Assembly: GCA_028023455.1 (NCBI GenBank)
Contig: JAQFVV010000003.1
Span: 19,034,001 to 19,098,000 of the forward strand
DNA from: Epiperipatus broadwayi
Taxonomy: Eukaryota > Animalia > Onychophora
Reading direction: 5' to 3'
DNA length: 64,000 nt
Part shown: positions 38,710 to 51,158 of the stretch, piece by piece
Position numbering within the stretch: position 1 is the stretch's first letter
Layout of the letters: each line of letters starts with the position of its first letter
Notes under the pieces: model-generated
The model's database searches: none
What the model was told of the DNA's origin: nothing
Seen by the model: the letters and a program-made list of their open reading frames with translations, nothing else
Translations under genes and position numbers: made by a program

Positions 38710-38723
38710 CTGTGAGCAGACAT
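38710..38723 (-). CDS. Predicted first coding exon (ATG TCT GCT CAC AG) of the USP gene
   Basis: CAG|GTAATT donor at 38710/38709. Its phase-2 end joins the 37742 acceptor in frame, giving MSAHREQERYKIYRKESYVLGITIV... (580 aa). An in-frame TGA lies just upstream of this ATG. Confidence 0.6.
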
Positions 38724-39160
38724 GAACAGAGCAATGGCTTGGATTCAGCATCTTCAATAAACTATTCAAAAATACTATAACTATTTGAAATCAGATACAA
38801 ACAGACATAGCCTCGAAATAATAGACTAAATTAACATTAATAAACAAAAAATATAAAAATGATCAAATTCATAGTTTTAGAATGACAAAATAATGTGTGG
38901 AGGCTAATATTTTCAAAAAGGCCAAAAAATTTATACCGTTTAATTTAGGAGGTAGATTTCATTGAAATATCAAGATATTTGTTTTTCTAGTGGATCCTAC
39001 TGATTTTTCTTTAGATGAACGCCATTACATTTCAAAGGAAACATATTGAAGAGAATCAATATTGATGTTACCAATCCCAAACAAACTTTTATTATTATTA
39101 AAATGAGATCGATTAGTAAATAAATCTTTAATGTATCTATTTATATAAGTATATGAGCTA

Positions 39161-39301
39161 TCACATGATCACCATCTCATGATAGCACATAATTGTTAGT
39201 AAACAGGCAAAAACTCTCCATATAGTAGTGCCTTCTGGCATCCATTGATTACTCTGGTTAGCACAAGGTGGCACTACTATATGGAGAGTTTTTGCCTGTT
39301 T
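39161..39301. mobile_element. Family A mini-insertion made only of two inverted 3' ends (no HHR), within the USP 5' region
   Basis: Perfect 32-bp inverted repeat, 39201-39232 vs 39270-39301 (aaacaggcaaaaactctccatatagtagtgcc). The left side is extended by the family tail tcacatgatcacca (39161). Confidence 0.85.
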
Positions 39302-40599
39302 ATATAAAGCTATATTTATCACAAATTTCCATAGTAAATTCTGTTGATAACAAAAAAAAAAGTTCGACAACTCTTAAATTGATGAATTTGTACATCATAC
39401 TATTAAAGCATTGGGATGAAATATATGTATAAAATCAAAATTATCTTAAAGGCAGTTCCCGTTTTGTTTTCATCACATACACAAAGTTATATTGTAACAG
39501 GTCAGACCAATTTATGCTGAAAAAAAAAAAGCATGGAAGATCCAATTTTAAACTAATCATCAGTAAGTCATTCGCCAATTCCTAATAAAGTAAAAAATAA
39601 TAAAAAGACGAAACAATACACTAGAAATGAGTTTAATGGTGACTGTATTTTGCGATACTATCTTTTAATTCTGTAATACTTTTCTTTCTGAAAAACTTGT
39701 CCAGTGTTTGCTCATTATATTCTATCTTCAATCATATTTTCAAATAAAAGCTATTGATATTGCATTTCTTTAATGACTGAAATAATCTTTACAATGAAGA
39801 TGGGGTCTACCTCTCGCACAAAAAGCCTTCTTTTTAGGTTGTCACGTTCATTCGTTTCGCATCACCCAATCTAACACGACGTGATTTTACAGTAGTCGAA
39901 TCCATATCACATTCAACAAACTGAAACATGTAACTGTCTTATGATCATGTCATTATATTTTTAAAATTTTATTGATCATGGCTTAAATAAAATGCTTCTA
40001 ACAAAAACTTATTGGAACAATTAAATAGTATAAAACAATCATTGAAGATTAGGAAGAAAATAATGGCACGCTACCACGGAAGATGATTGTCTATCTTTTC
40101 AATTCATTGTCAGAAGACTTTGAATTTATCTAACTTTTTCTCAGCAGGTTACTTAACAAAGGTATAAATGCTATTTACAAAACAGCACTAGGTTCGTTCG
40201 GTAAACTTTCTCATAATCGACATAAACATTAAAAATAAAGCATGTCGATTCTATAGAAAAGTTGATCCAAATAGTAAACTTTTATATATAATTTTCATTA
40301 ATTTCTCCACGTTAAGTTACTTGAAGAAATACTTCATAATATTTATAAATACTTTGTTACTGCTACATTTTTCAATTAAATTTAACTCATACAGAAAACG
40401 ATTTCAACAATAGACAATTAATACTTACTTAGCTCTTTTCAGAAATTCCTTAGCAATGTAATCTATAACAAGAAAAAAAATGAACTCGATAATAAGCTTA
40501 TATATAAATACAAAAACTGCATAAACAATTTCCATTTCATTAAAAAAAAAAACCCTTAAAACTTGAAAATTATTATTTTGCTTTGCCTTAATAATCAAG

Positions 40600-40625
40600 C
40601 GAAAATGGCGGCATTTTTAGTGCGC
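40600..40625 (+). promoter_or_regulatory. YY1-like motif AAAATGGCGGC, possibly part of a promoter upstream of or divergent from the USP gene
   Basis: gcgaaaatggcggcatttt lies in a locally GC-richer patch, with a possible donor gag|gttagt at ~40725. Motif evidence only. Confidence 0.3.
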
Positions 40626-40904
40626 AGGTTTGATTGAAGAATGATGGGAACTCTGAATGAAAATGTACTAAATGGAAAGACTTAATATTCTGTCACCAGG
40701 CTATTTTAGTTGGCACTGTACTGAGGTTAGTTCTCTTTTTAGTTTTAATAATAAATACAATTACATGGCTGTCAATACATTTATTATATATTAACAAGTT
40801 CCTTATTTAATTAATAATTTTTTAAAGCCAATTTACCTTTACCCATATATTAATTCATTGAACTAAAATAAAAAATTAGCAATACTTTTACAAGTAAATG
40901 TTTC

Positions 40905-41700
40905 GATAAAGGTTTACTATAACGGTCTATGTATGCTTGCCCTCTATTTTTTAAAATTTAAACTAAAGTGCTTGCAAATCTTACGTGTATGCTATTATAT
41001 TACAAATAAATTAAAATTTAATCAAATATAAAAGATAATAATAATAAAAAAATCTTTTTAAAGAATTTGAATATTGGATTCGACATTAATTAAAAGAATT
41101 ATTTTTAATTTCTTTGAAAGTTAAGAATTTAAATTGTCTACAACTTAAGAATTTAAAATAACTACATTTATAGCACATGTTGCAAAAAAAAAACCCACCC
41201 TATGTGTTCAACGGCGCGTACAGTTTTATAGTTGGAAAAAATGTCTGATATAGCGCACATTATTTCAGATGGCTGGGCTGCGTACAATAACATCAGTCTC
41301 AACAATGGTGTGTATATGCATTCGATTGTCGTCCATCAGGACAACTTCGTGCATCCCGAAGACCAAGACATACACACCCAGAATATTGAAAACGTGGAGG
41401 AGAGCAAAGCGTAAGCTGAAATTCCAAGCTGGCACTAGCAGAGCTTTGTTTTCATCGTACCTGCATGAATTTGTCCTCCGGAGTAGATACAGCAATACCG
41501 CTTTTTTTTCCAACTTCCTAGTGTGTATAGGACATAATTATGTTTAAAAAGGTAAATGTTTTTTTATTATCTTTTACATTTGATTAAATTTTAATTTCTT
41601 TGTAATATAATAACATACATGTAAGATTCTCAAACAATTTAGTTTAAATTTTAAACAATAGAGGGCAAGCATAGATAGACCGTTATAGTACTCCTTTACC
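40905..41700 (+). mobile_element. Merlin (IS1595/ISXO2-like) DNA transposon, internally deleted
   Basis: ~150-bp TIRs (g.taaagg..tactataacggtctat..atgcttgccctctatt). Perfect 8-bp TSD aatgtttc (40897-40904, 41701-41708). Transposase C-terminal remnant IISDGWAAY..VVHQDNFVHPEDQDIHTQNIEN/WRRAKRKLK..YLHEF (41232-41547). Confidence 0.93.
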
Positions 41701-43249
41701 AATGTTTCATGTGGCTCTTATATCTTATAATAAGTTTACAAGTTATACTTTTAATTAAAAAAAAAAACATATTGTTGTTTAAATATCAGAACAAAATTTT
41801 ATCAGAGAATTTAAAAATAAATATGTTGCAAAATTTAAATTTTGAAAATTTTATAGCTATTGATATTTGAACTTTGATCTGTATTAAAGTATTTATTAAA
41901 AGTGAAAGATTACATGGGAAATTCCCTCGCTATTTCGTAATTAATATACATTAAAATTTAGGTGAAAGTTTTTTAAAAAAATATTGTTATCTAAATCTTT
42001 ATGAAAATTCTGTTCGCTGGTAAGTTTTATTTTTATAGGGTACCATAGTCGGTTCTTATACTATTTAATTTCAAATTTTATTTTGACGCTAGCCATATCA
42101 TTATCTAGAATTTTCACGTAGGGCAAATTAGTCTGTTCATACTTTCAGTAATTAATATAAAATAAATCAATTTTATCCGAAAATTTACAAAATTCATGTA
42201 CAAGTAATATCAAAATATTGCTTACACGATCGTATTAAAATTAATTTTGAAACATAATAGGTGCGATATAAATATATTGATAAAAGTAATTAATAACTAT
42301 TGTGAGAGAAATTGATTCTTTTTGACAGCATAAAAACTTCTTGTTACTTTGCAGGGTAATTCCAATCTAGTTGGAGATTCAAACTTACGATTCATTTGGT
42401 AAAACTTTCCTACTTTTTCTTTAATTTTGAAATGTCATTTGTTAGTAATAGCCTCAGTTTAATTTTTATAATTTTGGTTTTGTTTTTGCCCTAAAAAAAG
42501 TGAAAATATATATTTTAATCTTGTCTGAAAGTTTATCAAATTATTGTTAGTAAGATTTTTGTATGTTGGGATAGTTACATATTTTAATAATCGTAATAAA
42601 GTAATTACAAGTTGTATTTTTTATTTTATTTATATAATGCATTTCCAAAATAAAACTACAATATTGTAAATATTTTATTTTCAGTAATTTCCGTTTAAAA
42701 TTATTTTCAAGTTGAAACTTGTTACCGACATGTAAACTACCACCAGTCTTAATTTTTAGATTTAATTAGGCGACCGATGTATCGATTTTTAATTATCAAA
42801 GTCAATTGAAAGTTTTATATTGCGCATATATAGAAATTTAACTAGCCTTAAATATTAAGAGTAGAATTTATAATTACTTTACATCATTAGGATAAGTTTT
42901 CGATTTCATGGAAAACTTATTAACACACAATTGTCAATGCCAAAAAATTTAATTATCCAATTAGTTAGTGTTTCAATGACATTTGATTAGGCATTTTAAT
43001 CTGTTAGTAGTCTTAGTAAAATTAGAATTACCATTTATGATTGTGAATGCTTATAGACACAAATGAAGATAAAAATATTCAAGTACTAGAGGAGTAGCAT
43101 TGCCAAAATGTTTGATTGCATTCAGATAGTAGATATTTTGCACCATTAGCATAGTTGTGTGTTTAGTCATGACTCTCGAAGGGGCAAACCACAGTTAATT
43201 AATAACTAAAGCTAAATTTAGAACTAAGGGTTTATTATAAGTATTACAA

Positions 43250-43850
43250 ACACAAATCTAGAATATATATATACAAGCTTAAATATTAATATACAGACAA
43301 ATAAATGATCACGGAGTTCTTAAAGTCTTCAAACCCTCTTTCAATATTGTTCGATAATTACTGTCTTATTTAATGTATCTACACTTTCAACAACTATGTT
43401 AATAAGTACAAGTTCCCCAAGTTAAAACATAAAAACCATTTAGGTCTACATTAAAACAAAATAAGATCAGGACAATCTGCTTTAAACACTAGTCGGATTT
43501 TTATACCTTCAGATTCCGAAACATCTGAGTTTATTTTCTCACAGATGTTGATTGATTGCCAATGATACTTATTGTGAACAACATAAAGGTGAAAAAGGCA
43601 CTTAAATTTATAATCCCGAGTTTTTATAGACTGCCATTTAATTGTTCTCTTATCAGAAAAATTCCTTTATGAAAGCATTTAATTAATTTCACTTTTAGGA
43701 TCTACTATTTTCGTAAGATTTTATCTTTACACTATCAGTTCAAAATTTGCTCTTCCGTTCTTTTCATTCCAGTCTGTAGAAACCTTTTAATTATGTAACT
43801 ATTCATTTTGTTATAACTTTAACTTCTGGAGTATTCTTATTGATCTTTTT
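43250..43850 (-). pseudogene. Possible very decayed LTR-retrotransposon integrase remnant
   Basis: Fragmentary minus-strand peptides (TPEVKVI, GRANFE-like, LGELVLIN) in integrase order. Weak. Confidence 0.25.
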
Positions 43851-43879
43851 ATACTAAAATATTTCTCGAACTTAAATTA

Positions 43880-45240
43880 CTACAAGCATATAAAATTTCT
43901 CAAAGAAATAAGAGAAATTACTATGAAGGAAATTGTTGGACTTTGCAATTTGATATATAATAGTGGAGTTTGTCCTGAAGATTTCTTGAGGATTGTAATA
44001 ATTCGAAGATGTTAAGAGTATAGGACAATAAATTTGTTATCTCATGCTTCAAAAATATTGAGAATTTTAATACAAAAAATTTATGTGAAAGTGGAATATT
44101 ATATTGGAGAATAGTTTGGTTTTCAGAGAGAGAAAAGTACAAGAGATGCTATTATTGATGCAACAATTGCAGAGAGATATATTGAAAAAGATAAAAGAAT
44201 TGGTATATGTTTTATGGATTTGGAAAAAGCATTTGATAGAGTAATCTGGATTAAACTTACAACCAACTTAAAAAATAAGGGAATGTTTTGGAAAGAGAGA
44301 ACATTGATTTGAAATATGTATACTGGGCTTAGAATTAAAATCGGGGTGGAAAATAATGATGAAATTAATAAAGAAAGAAAAGGTAGACAAGAATATTGTA
44401 TGTCACTTGTGCTTTTTAATATTTATTTATTTATAAGACATGTCAGATAAATATTTGGAATATAGAGGAGCTAATATTGGAAATGGAAGTATAATGTGTA
44501 AGATTTCACATGATATGGCTCTTATAATTGAAGATGAAAAGTGTTTTCAGAATATGTTGAATAAATTGGAGGAAATGTATATGGAATGAAGATTAATGTT
44601 GAGAAGATCAATTGTTTATGGGTAGGAAGGAATACAAAAAGACTACAGTTGAAATTTATGATAATACAGTTCAACAGGTAAATGGATTTAGATATTTGGG
44701 TAGTTGCGTGAGTGAAGATGAAAGAAGTGAAAAAGAGTAGTATTGGAAAAGGAGGCATTTATTAAAAGAAAGAAAATATTTTGTGAACATTTGAAGAGAG
44801 AATTAAAGAAAATATTAATTAAATTCTGTGTATGGAATGTATTATTGTGTGGTTGTAAAACAAAGACAATAGGTAAAAAAATTAAGGACCGATTGGAAGC
44901 CTTTGTGATGTGTTCATGGTGAAAGAAGAAAAAAATTATTTAATGAAGTTTTGGAAAGAGTGAATGAAAAAAGATTGATTGAGGGAAGGTAGAGATAGAG
45001 AAACTGGATTGGGCATATATTAAGAAGGAAGAATATTTTTATGACATGTTTTAATGGGAATGGTGAATGGAAACAAGAAGAAAGGATGGAAAACGTATAT
45101 TTTGCTTGATGATATAGATGGAAAGACGTGGATTTGAAGATCTGGGTAAGGAAGAGAAAGGACTGGAGAAATGGATGAACTTGTAATGTTACTGCTTTCT
45201 GGACCTGTCTGTAGGACAGAATACTATTGATGATGAACAT
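43880..45240 (+). mobile_element. Decayed RTE-clade LINE (RT region)
   Basis: EYRTINLLSHASKIL, FGFQREKSTRDAI, CFMDLEKAFDRVIW; short (gat)n tail near 45230. Confidence 0.88.
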
Positions 45241-45344
45241 ATAATTAAAAAACTTAAGAATTATTTTTAATAAAATTTATGAATATGGTTTGTTTTTTAA
45301 AATTTCAAATATAAATGCAACATTCTTTCCATGTTACTTGCAAA

Positions 45345-46400
45345 ATATAAAGGAATACCAATGCACTATCACTATCGACCATTATCAATCCATTGCAGGA
45401 TGAAGGTCTCCAATTTCAATCCATCTTCTCCGATCTCTAGTCCCTCTTTTCCTCATCACTCCTGCACACTTATTTCATCCATCCATCTCACATGTGGTCT
45501 CTTTCTGGATCTTTTATAATCTCTTGGAATCCAGTTTGAGATTTCAATTGTCCATCTATTATCTCTTCTACCAATATGTCCAGCCCAACTCCAGTCTTTT
45601 AATTCTTTCAACGATATCAGTAACACCTGTTTTGTTCTCTTATCCATGTATTGCATTTTTGATCTCTTCTTGTTACTCCTAATATGCATCTCTCCATACT
45701 TTGAGTGGTCTGAAGTCTCTGAATTGCTCTTCTATTAAGGGTTCAAATCTCAGATCCATAAGTAAGAATTGGTAAAACACTTTTATTAAAAAATCTCCCT
45801 TTTAAAATGTATAGGCATATTTACTTTTAATATTAATTTATTTCTATCAAAAGCCTTCCAAGTTCAATTTTATTATTAATTTCATCCATTATGTAATCTG
45901 ACAAAGGCATTTGTAATTGTTAACTTTTTCTAACTCATCATAATCAATTTTTATTTTCATCTTTTGAGAAAATCCATTGAACATTACTTTAGTCTTTTTA
46001 ACATTTACCTTTAATTCTACTTTGTTACTTTCATTTAATAACTCTTGCAACATTTCCTGAAGCTCTGAAGCATTATTTGAAAAAACAACTACATCATTGC
46101 AAAATCTAAATGTCTTAAATAATCTCCATTTACTTCTGCTCCTTTAGCCTTCTGCTGTAAAAGGGTTTGGAGATATGGAGTCATCCTGTCTTACACCCTT
46201 CTCAATGTTAACCTTCCTAGTATCATTATGTAATCTTAATTGTTGCATAGTGTAGCAGAATTGCTTAAGGTTTAGCTTAATTGTGATATATCCAAGTACG
46301 TATTGCCTTATGTATGAGAAATATTTATAATTCAGATAGATGCAGGTTAACACTATTTTTACATAACAAAATAGAAACAAGAAAAGCTTCAGTCAGAATG
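45345..46400 (-). mobile_element. Decayed RTE-clade LINE, tail-to-tail with the previous one
   Basis: VNIEKGVRQDDSISPNPF (RT motif B') and WSWAGHIGRRDNRWT..WIPRDYKRSRKRPHVRWMDEI (RTE C-terminus). Confidence 0.88.
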
Positions 46401-46849
46401 ATGTAATGTAGAAAATGAAATAAAAGTTTTAGGTTATAGTATTTGCTTTTAATTTGTACACATTTTTTCGTACATAGACTATTTTCTCTTATTTAATACA
46501 TTTTTTTAATTGCGAAATGTATTTTTTGTTTCTGTATCCAAGAATAAATGCAGTTATTTACAGATTTCTACTTATGCATACGTTTTATTTTCTATCAATA
46601 TTTTTTTTTTGTTAAGTAATTGATATTGATTTTGTAAATTAATTTTTATTTACATGATTTTTTAAAACACTCGTGTAGTTGTAAATTTTGTAATAAATGT
46701 ATACACTATTTTTTATTGATTTTTTTCTTTCTCTAATTATTAGTTTAATTAAGAGATCATTATATCTATGGTTAGTGGTTTATATGGTAACATATTAGTA
46801 TGTTTATTAGTGGTATTGGCTTGAAGGGTGGACTATATGGAAGAGTTTA

Positions 46850-47350
46850 AAGTAAATTAAGTTCAAGTTTTTACCTGTTTGGTAATCTCCATGTGATTAT
46901 AGTTGGTGGGTGCAATAGCATGTCTCAGATGATAATGGCAAATAACAAGTCTGCAAGAGCATACAAATATTTATCTTCCTCATTTGGTGCAGATGATAAG
47001 AGGAAAATGCTTTCTGGGATTTTTCTTCATATATTTATGAATAAGTTTAGGCCATCAATTATAAGTTTGAATAATCAATAAATACTTCTTATAGTGTTTT
47101 TAAATTCTTATCTATTGTCATCCCCAAATTAAGTTTCTGACTTAAGGTCTTCGTCATTAAGATTTAGAATAGAATAAGTAGTTTGTTCTTTAAAAATTAA
47201 TTTTATGAGCTGAGATAATGTGAAGTTTAAATATTGGCTGAGTTTTATTTTAGAGACACATAGGAGTTCAAAGAAAAGATGGTAAGGCACAGAGGTTTTA
47301 AAAGTTATACAAGATACCACTAATAAAAATTAGCCATTTGTTAAAAAGAT
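46850..47350 (-). pseudogene. Possible decayed LINE RT C-terminal fragment
   Basis: Contains LGMTIDKNLK, resembling YLGVTID.KL. Little other support. Confidence 0.3.
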
Positions 47351-48164
47351 AAGGAAAATGTCAAGGAATGACAAAGTGTAGATTGTAGGGCCGAGATGAG
47401 GTGGAGTTCAGCTGCTAAATTTATTGTAAGCAATTTGAGAGAATATATTTAAAAACAGTGTATTATATAAAAGAAATAGCTAGACAAAGTGTTCTATATT
47501 AAGTAGCATAAGGAAAGAAGGCAGATTTTTGAAAAATGATATGAACAGTATAAGATTATGAAAAAGTAATTTACATGTAAATAATCTATCCTACAGTAGT
47601 TCAAAACTGTGAACATGAGATGTATCTACTGAAGAGATAGGGATCACTAGTAGAGTGATGACAAGAAAGTATTGAATCCTTGGTTAAGTCATAAGTGAAG
47701 TGAGTTCCACTTCGGATATAAGAGCAGTGAATAAAAAGTCCATTTTGCTTTTTGAGAATATAATAGATTCATTAACGTATGTTACAATCATTCATTAATC
47801 AGATATGATAAATTGCTATTAGCAAAAATGTTGATATTTTGTTGCGTATATGCTAAACTCACTTCCCAAAGACAGGTTCAGAAATTAGGTAAAAAAATAC
47901 CATAACCAAACAATACCATTTGATTATCATTAGTGACCATTCAACATAGTTTATAGTAGTATCTCAATTTTACATATAGCATATTTAAATTAATTTCCAG
48001 CTTTAATCATTATACAAATTTGCCACCTATAAACATTGTGAATAAGCTTGAGTAAGTTAATTTTTCATGTGTATTAATATAAAAAAAAAACTGGGCAAAT
48101 CCAATTTTCTATATAGAATTTTTAAAAAAACTAATATTTGTTTTAAATGTGCAGAATATTATGT

Positions 48165-48345
48165 AATCAAAATTACCCCAAATTCACATCTCAACCAGAC
48201 TAGCCAAAAAAAAAACAACTCTAAAACACTATCAATAGTTTCACTGCTACAAGCAGACTTCTAAAGTGTAAATAACTGCAAAATATCAATATATTTAAAC
48301 TAAACATTAGCCACAATTCTACTTTCCACATACCCTTAATATTAA
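48165..48345. repeat. Left arm of a palindromic element split by the PLE; right arm at 52697-52852
   Basis: taatcaaaattaccccaaattca..aaccagactagccaaaaa..ctctaaaacacta..cactgctacaag.agactt..aaactaaacattagccacaatt..cccttaatattaa is the reverse complement of 52697-52852, apart from one ~30-bp indel. Confidence 0.85.
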
Positions 48346-48621
48346 ATTTGAATAGAGATGGGGAAAGGAATTAGATTTATAGGTGTTAAAAGTAAAATAA
48401 AAAGGTGATAAATATATTAGAGAGTAATATAGAATGATAGGAAGAAAAAGTAAAAAATAAAAAGAAAGTAGAAACAGTAAAGAAATAATGAAAAAATAAT
48501 TGTTAGAAAAGAAGAGGGAGGTAAAGGTATAGAGTTAAGAATAAAATATCATTATGAATAATAATGTAAAATATATAATTTTATATGTATATTAATGATT
48601 ATATGATTATGTTTAAATGTT

Positions 48622-48661
48622 GTAGCTCTGATGAAGACTGCAGCACAGTTGAAACTGTTAG
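48622..48661 (+). ncRNA. Minimal HHR in the 5' pLTR; degenerate counterpart at 52409-52446 in the 3' pLTR
   Basis: ct-CTGATGA(48628-48634)-a-gactg-cagca-cagtt-GAAAC-t-GTT-ag. The 3' copy reads CTGATGA-a-gactg-cggga-tagtc-aaaac. HHRs in PLE pLTRs are established. Confidence 0.8.
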
Positions 48662-50404
48662 GAAATTAAAGGAATTGTAAAAAAAAAATTTGCATTAAAT
48701 TGTGGAGATTGATTATAAGTAGTATATATATATGAAGGAATGCAAAAAAAATAAAGAAGATATAAGAATAATACTTCTAAGAAGAAGAAAAGACACGAAA
48801 GATTGAAAAGTTAAATGACAATATTTGAATGTGTAATTACGGAGAATATAACCAATAGAAAGATGTTTATGGAATACATTAAAGGATTGGAAGGCTATGA
48901 AATCTCAAGGATGTTAAATGAAAGATGGAAATTAATATTGAAATTGAACAATGTGAATAATAGCATTAAATTTATGAAGGATTGTGTAAGATATAATGCG
49001 ATACCAAATTTTATAAAGATGAAAAAATTGAGGAGGAGATGAAGAATAAAGAAAAGATAATAAATAATATGGAAAAGAAAATTTTAGAAGAATATATAAA
49101 AAATGGATATAAAATGAAGAAAAAGTTATATAATTGTATTGAAGGAATAGAAGAAATACTAGTTAGAAGGATTAATAAGAAGGAAGAAGAATTGTTTAGA
49201 GAATTATGTAAAAAGAAGGATATTATAAATGAAAATACGAGGTTAAGATATAAAAGAAAAATGGAAAACTTGATGAAGGAGGAGGATGAAAATAAAGAAG
49301 GGTGTATAAAGAATGGAAATAAAATATGTAATTTAAGTGCTATAAAACTGAAACAAGAAGAGATGGAAATACTTAAGAAAGGGATAAAATATGTGTCATA
49401 TGGGAGGTGTAGTAATAGATGTATTAGAAATACAGGTATTAATGGAAAAGTTGGCACAGAAATATTTGGAAAATAATTATATATTATGAAAATGGATGGA
49501 AATATTAAAAGAAGAAGTAAATAATATGATATATAAAATGAAGAAATTGGAAGGTAGAGAGAGTAAAAAGGATAAGAAGAGAACAATTAATGAAAATAAA
49601 ATAACAGTAAAAGAAGTTAGGGAGATAAAAAAAAATATGAAAAAAAGATATTATTTACAAAATCAGATAAGGGTAATAAAATAGTATTAATGAAAAAAGA
49701 ATATATAGAGAAAATGAAAAAAATGTTGTCAGAAGAATTTTTTATAAAAATAAAGATGATACAAGAATAAAGAGTAAAAAAATGTATGAATTAATAAAAG
49801 GGTTGTATAATAGTGGAATTATGGATAGGAGAACATTAGGAGAATTGGGAAATAAGGATTGTGAAGTAGCAAGAATATATGGAGCACCAAAAATATACAA
49901 GGAAAGAGTGCCATTAAGACCAGTGATAAATAGTAGGGGTTCATATTTTGATAAGACATCTAAATGGTTAGCAAATAATATTTTTAAGAATTACATTAAC
50001 AAAAAAAGCAGTTCATATATTAAGAACAATAAGGAATTAATTAAAGAGATGAAAGAAAAAATAAGTAATTATGATAAGTATAGGTTGACAATGGTTAAGG
50101 TAGATATAGTGTCACTGTATACGAATATGGATGTAGAGAAAGTAATAGAAATAGCAATTAGTAAATATGAAAAGGATAAAGAAATAGAAATACCGATTAT
50201 AAAGTTGAAACATATTTTGGAAATATGTTTTAAAGAGATAACATTTGAATTTAATGGAGAATATTTTAAATAGAAAAAAGGGTTATTGATAGAAGGGGCA
50301 TTGAGTGGCATATTAAGTAATATATATATGGAAGAAATGGAAAAAGTAATGATAAATGAGGAGAATGGACCAATAATGTTAAAAAGATATGTGAATGATT
50401 ATTT

Positions 50405-50641
50405 ATAAATATTACCAAAATCACACTTTTCTTTATTTTTACCGTAATATCCTATAAATACAATTTATCCAAACCGCTTCAAACACTTTACACATACGTT
50501 TCGACTTTTTTTTTTTTTTAGAAGATCAAAATAAACTTGCTCTGAAGAAGACTGCAGTTCAGTCGAAACGTAGGTGTATGTACAAATAAAGAGTTTTGCT
50601 AAAAAGTGTTTGAAGCGGTTTGGATAAGTTGTATTTATTGG
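50405..50641. mobile_element. 237-bp HHR-bearing fold-back mini-element inserted in the PLE YVDD motif
   Basis: TSD atgattattt (50395-50404, 50642-50651). Inverted arms 50454-50489 / 50603-50638 and 50490-50506 / 50561-50578. Confidence 0.85.
50537..50577 (+). ncRNA. Minimal hammerhead ribozyme with an intact core
   Basis: tgct-CTGAAGA(50542-50548)-a-GACTG-cagtt-CAGTC-GAAAC-GTA(50570-50572)-ggtg. Perfect 5-bp stem II and palindromic ACGT stem III. Confidence 0.85.
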
Positions 50642-50782
50642 ATGATTATTTGTTAATTTTTAATAAAAGTGAAAGGCAAATAGATAGGTATTGGGAAAAA
50701 AATAATAAATTGGATGAGAATATAAAATTTACCGTAGAGAGGAAAAAAGATAATAAGTTGTCCTATTTAGATATATTATTAA

Positions 50783-51158
50783 AACAGGCAAAACTCTCCA
50801 TACAGTAATGCCACTCAGTGCAAGCCAGAATAATCAATGGATGCCAGAAGCCTTGTGCATAAAATCCCTACCTACCTAGTGCCTATTCATCTAATATCCT
50901 GAGACTAGTTTCTGGCTTGTGGCTTTTTGTCAGTAAGGAGTTTTGGATCTGAGAGCACTGCACCTAATTGACGAAAGCCACAAGGTAGAAACTAGCCTGG
51001 GATATTGGATGAGTAGGCACTAGATAGGGATTTTATACACACAAGCCTTTTGGCATCCATTGATTACTCTGGCTTGCACTAAGTGGCACTACTATATGGA
51101 GAGTTTTGCCCCTTTTAATAACAGCTATGAGCCATGGTGATCATGTGATGTTTAATGG
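50783..51158. mobile_element. Retrozyme-like family A insertion (inverted pair) inside the PLE RT
   Basis: Perfect 16-bp TSD ttagatatattattaa (50767-50782, 51159-51174). Removing the insert restores LSYLDILLTESYKKGKYSIETSVYKK. Minus arm 50783-~50965, plus arm ~50968-51158, each with a degenerate HHR. Confidence 0.93.
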
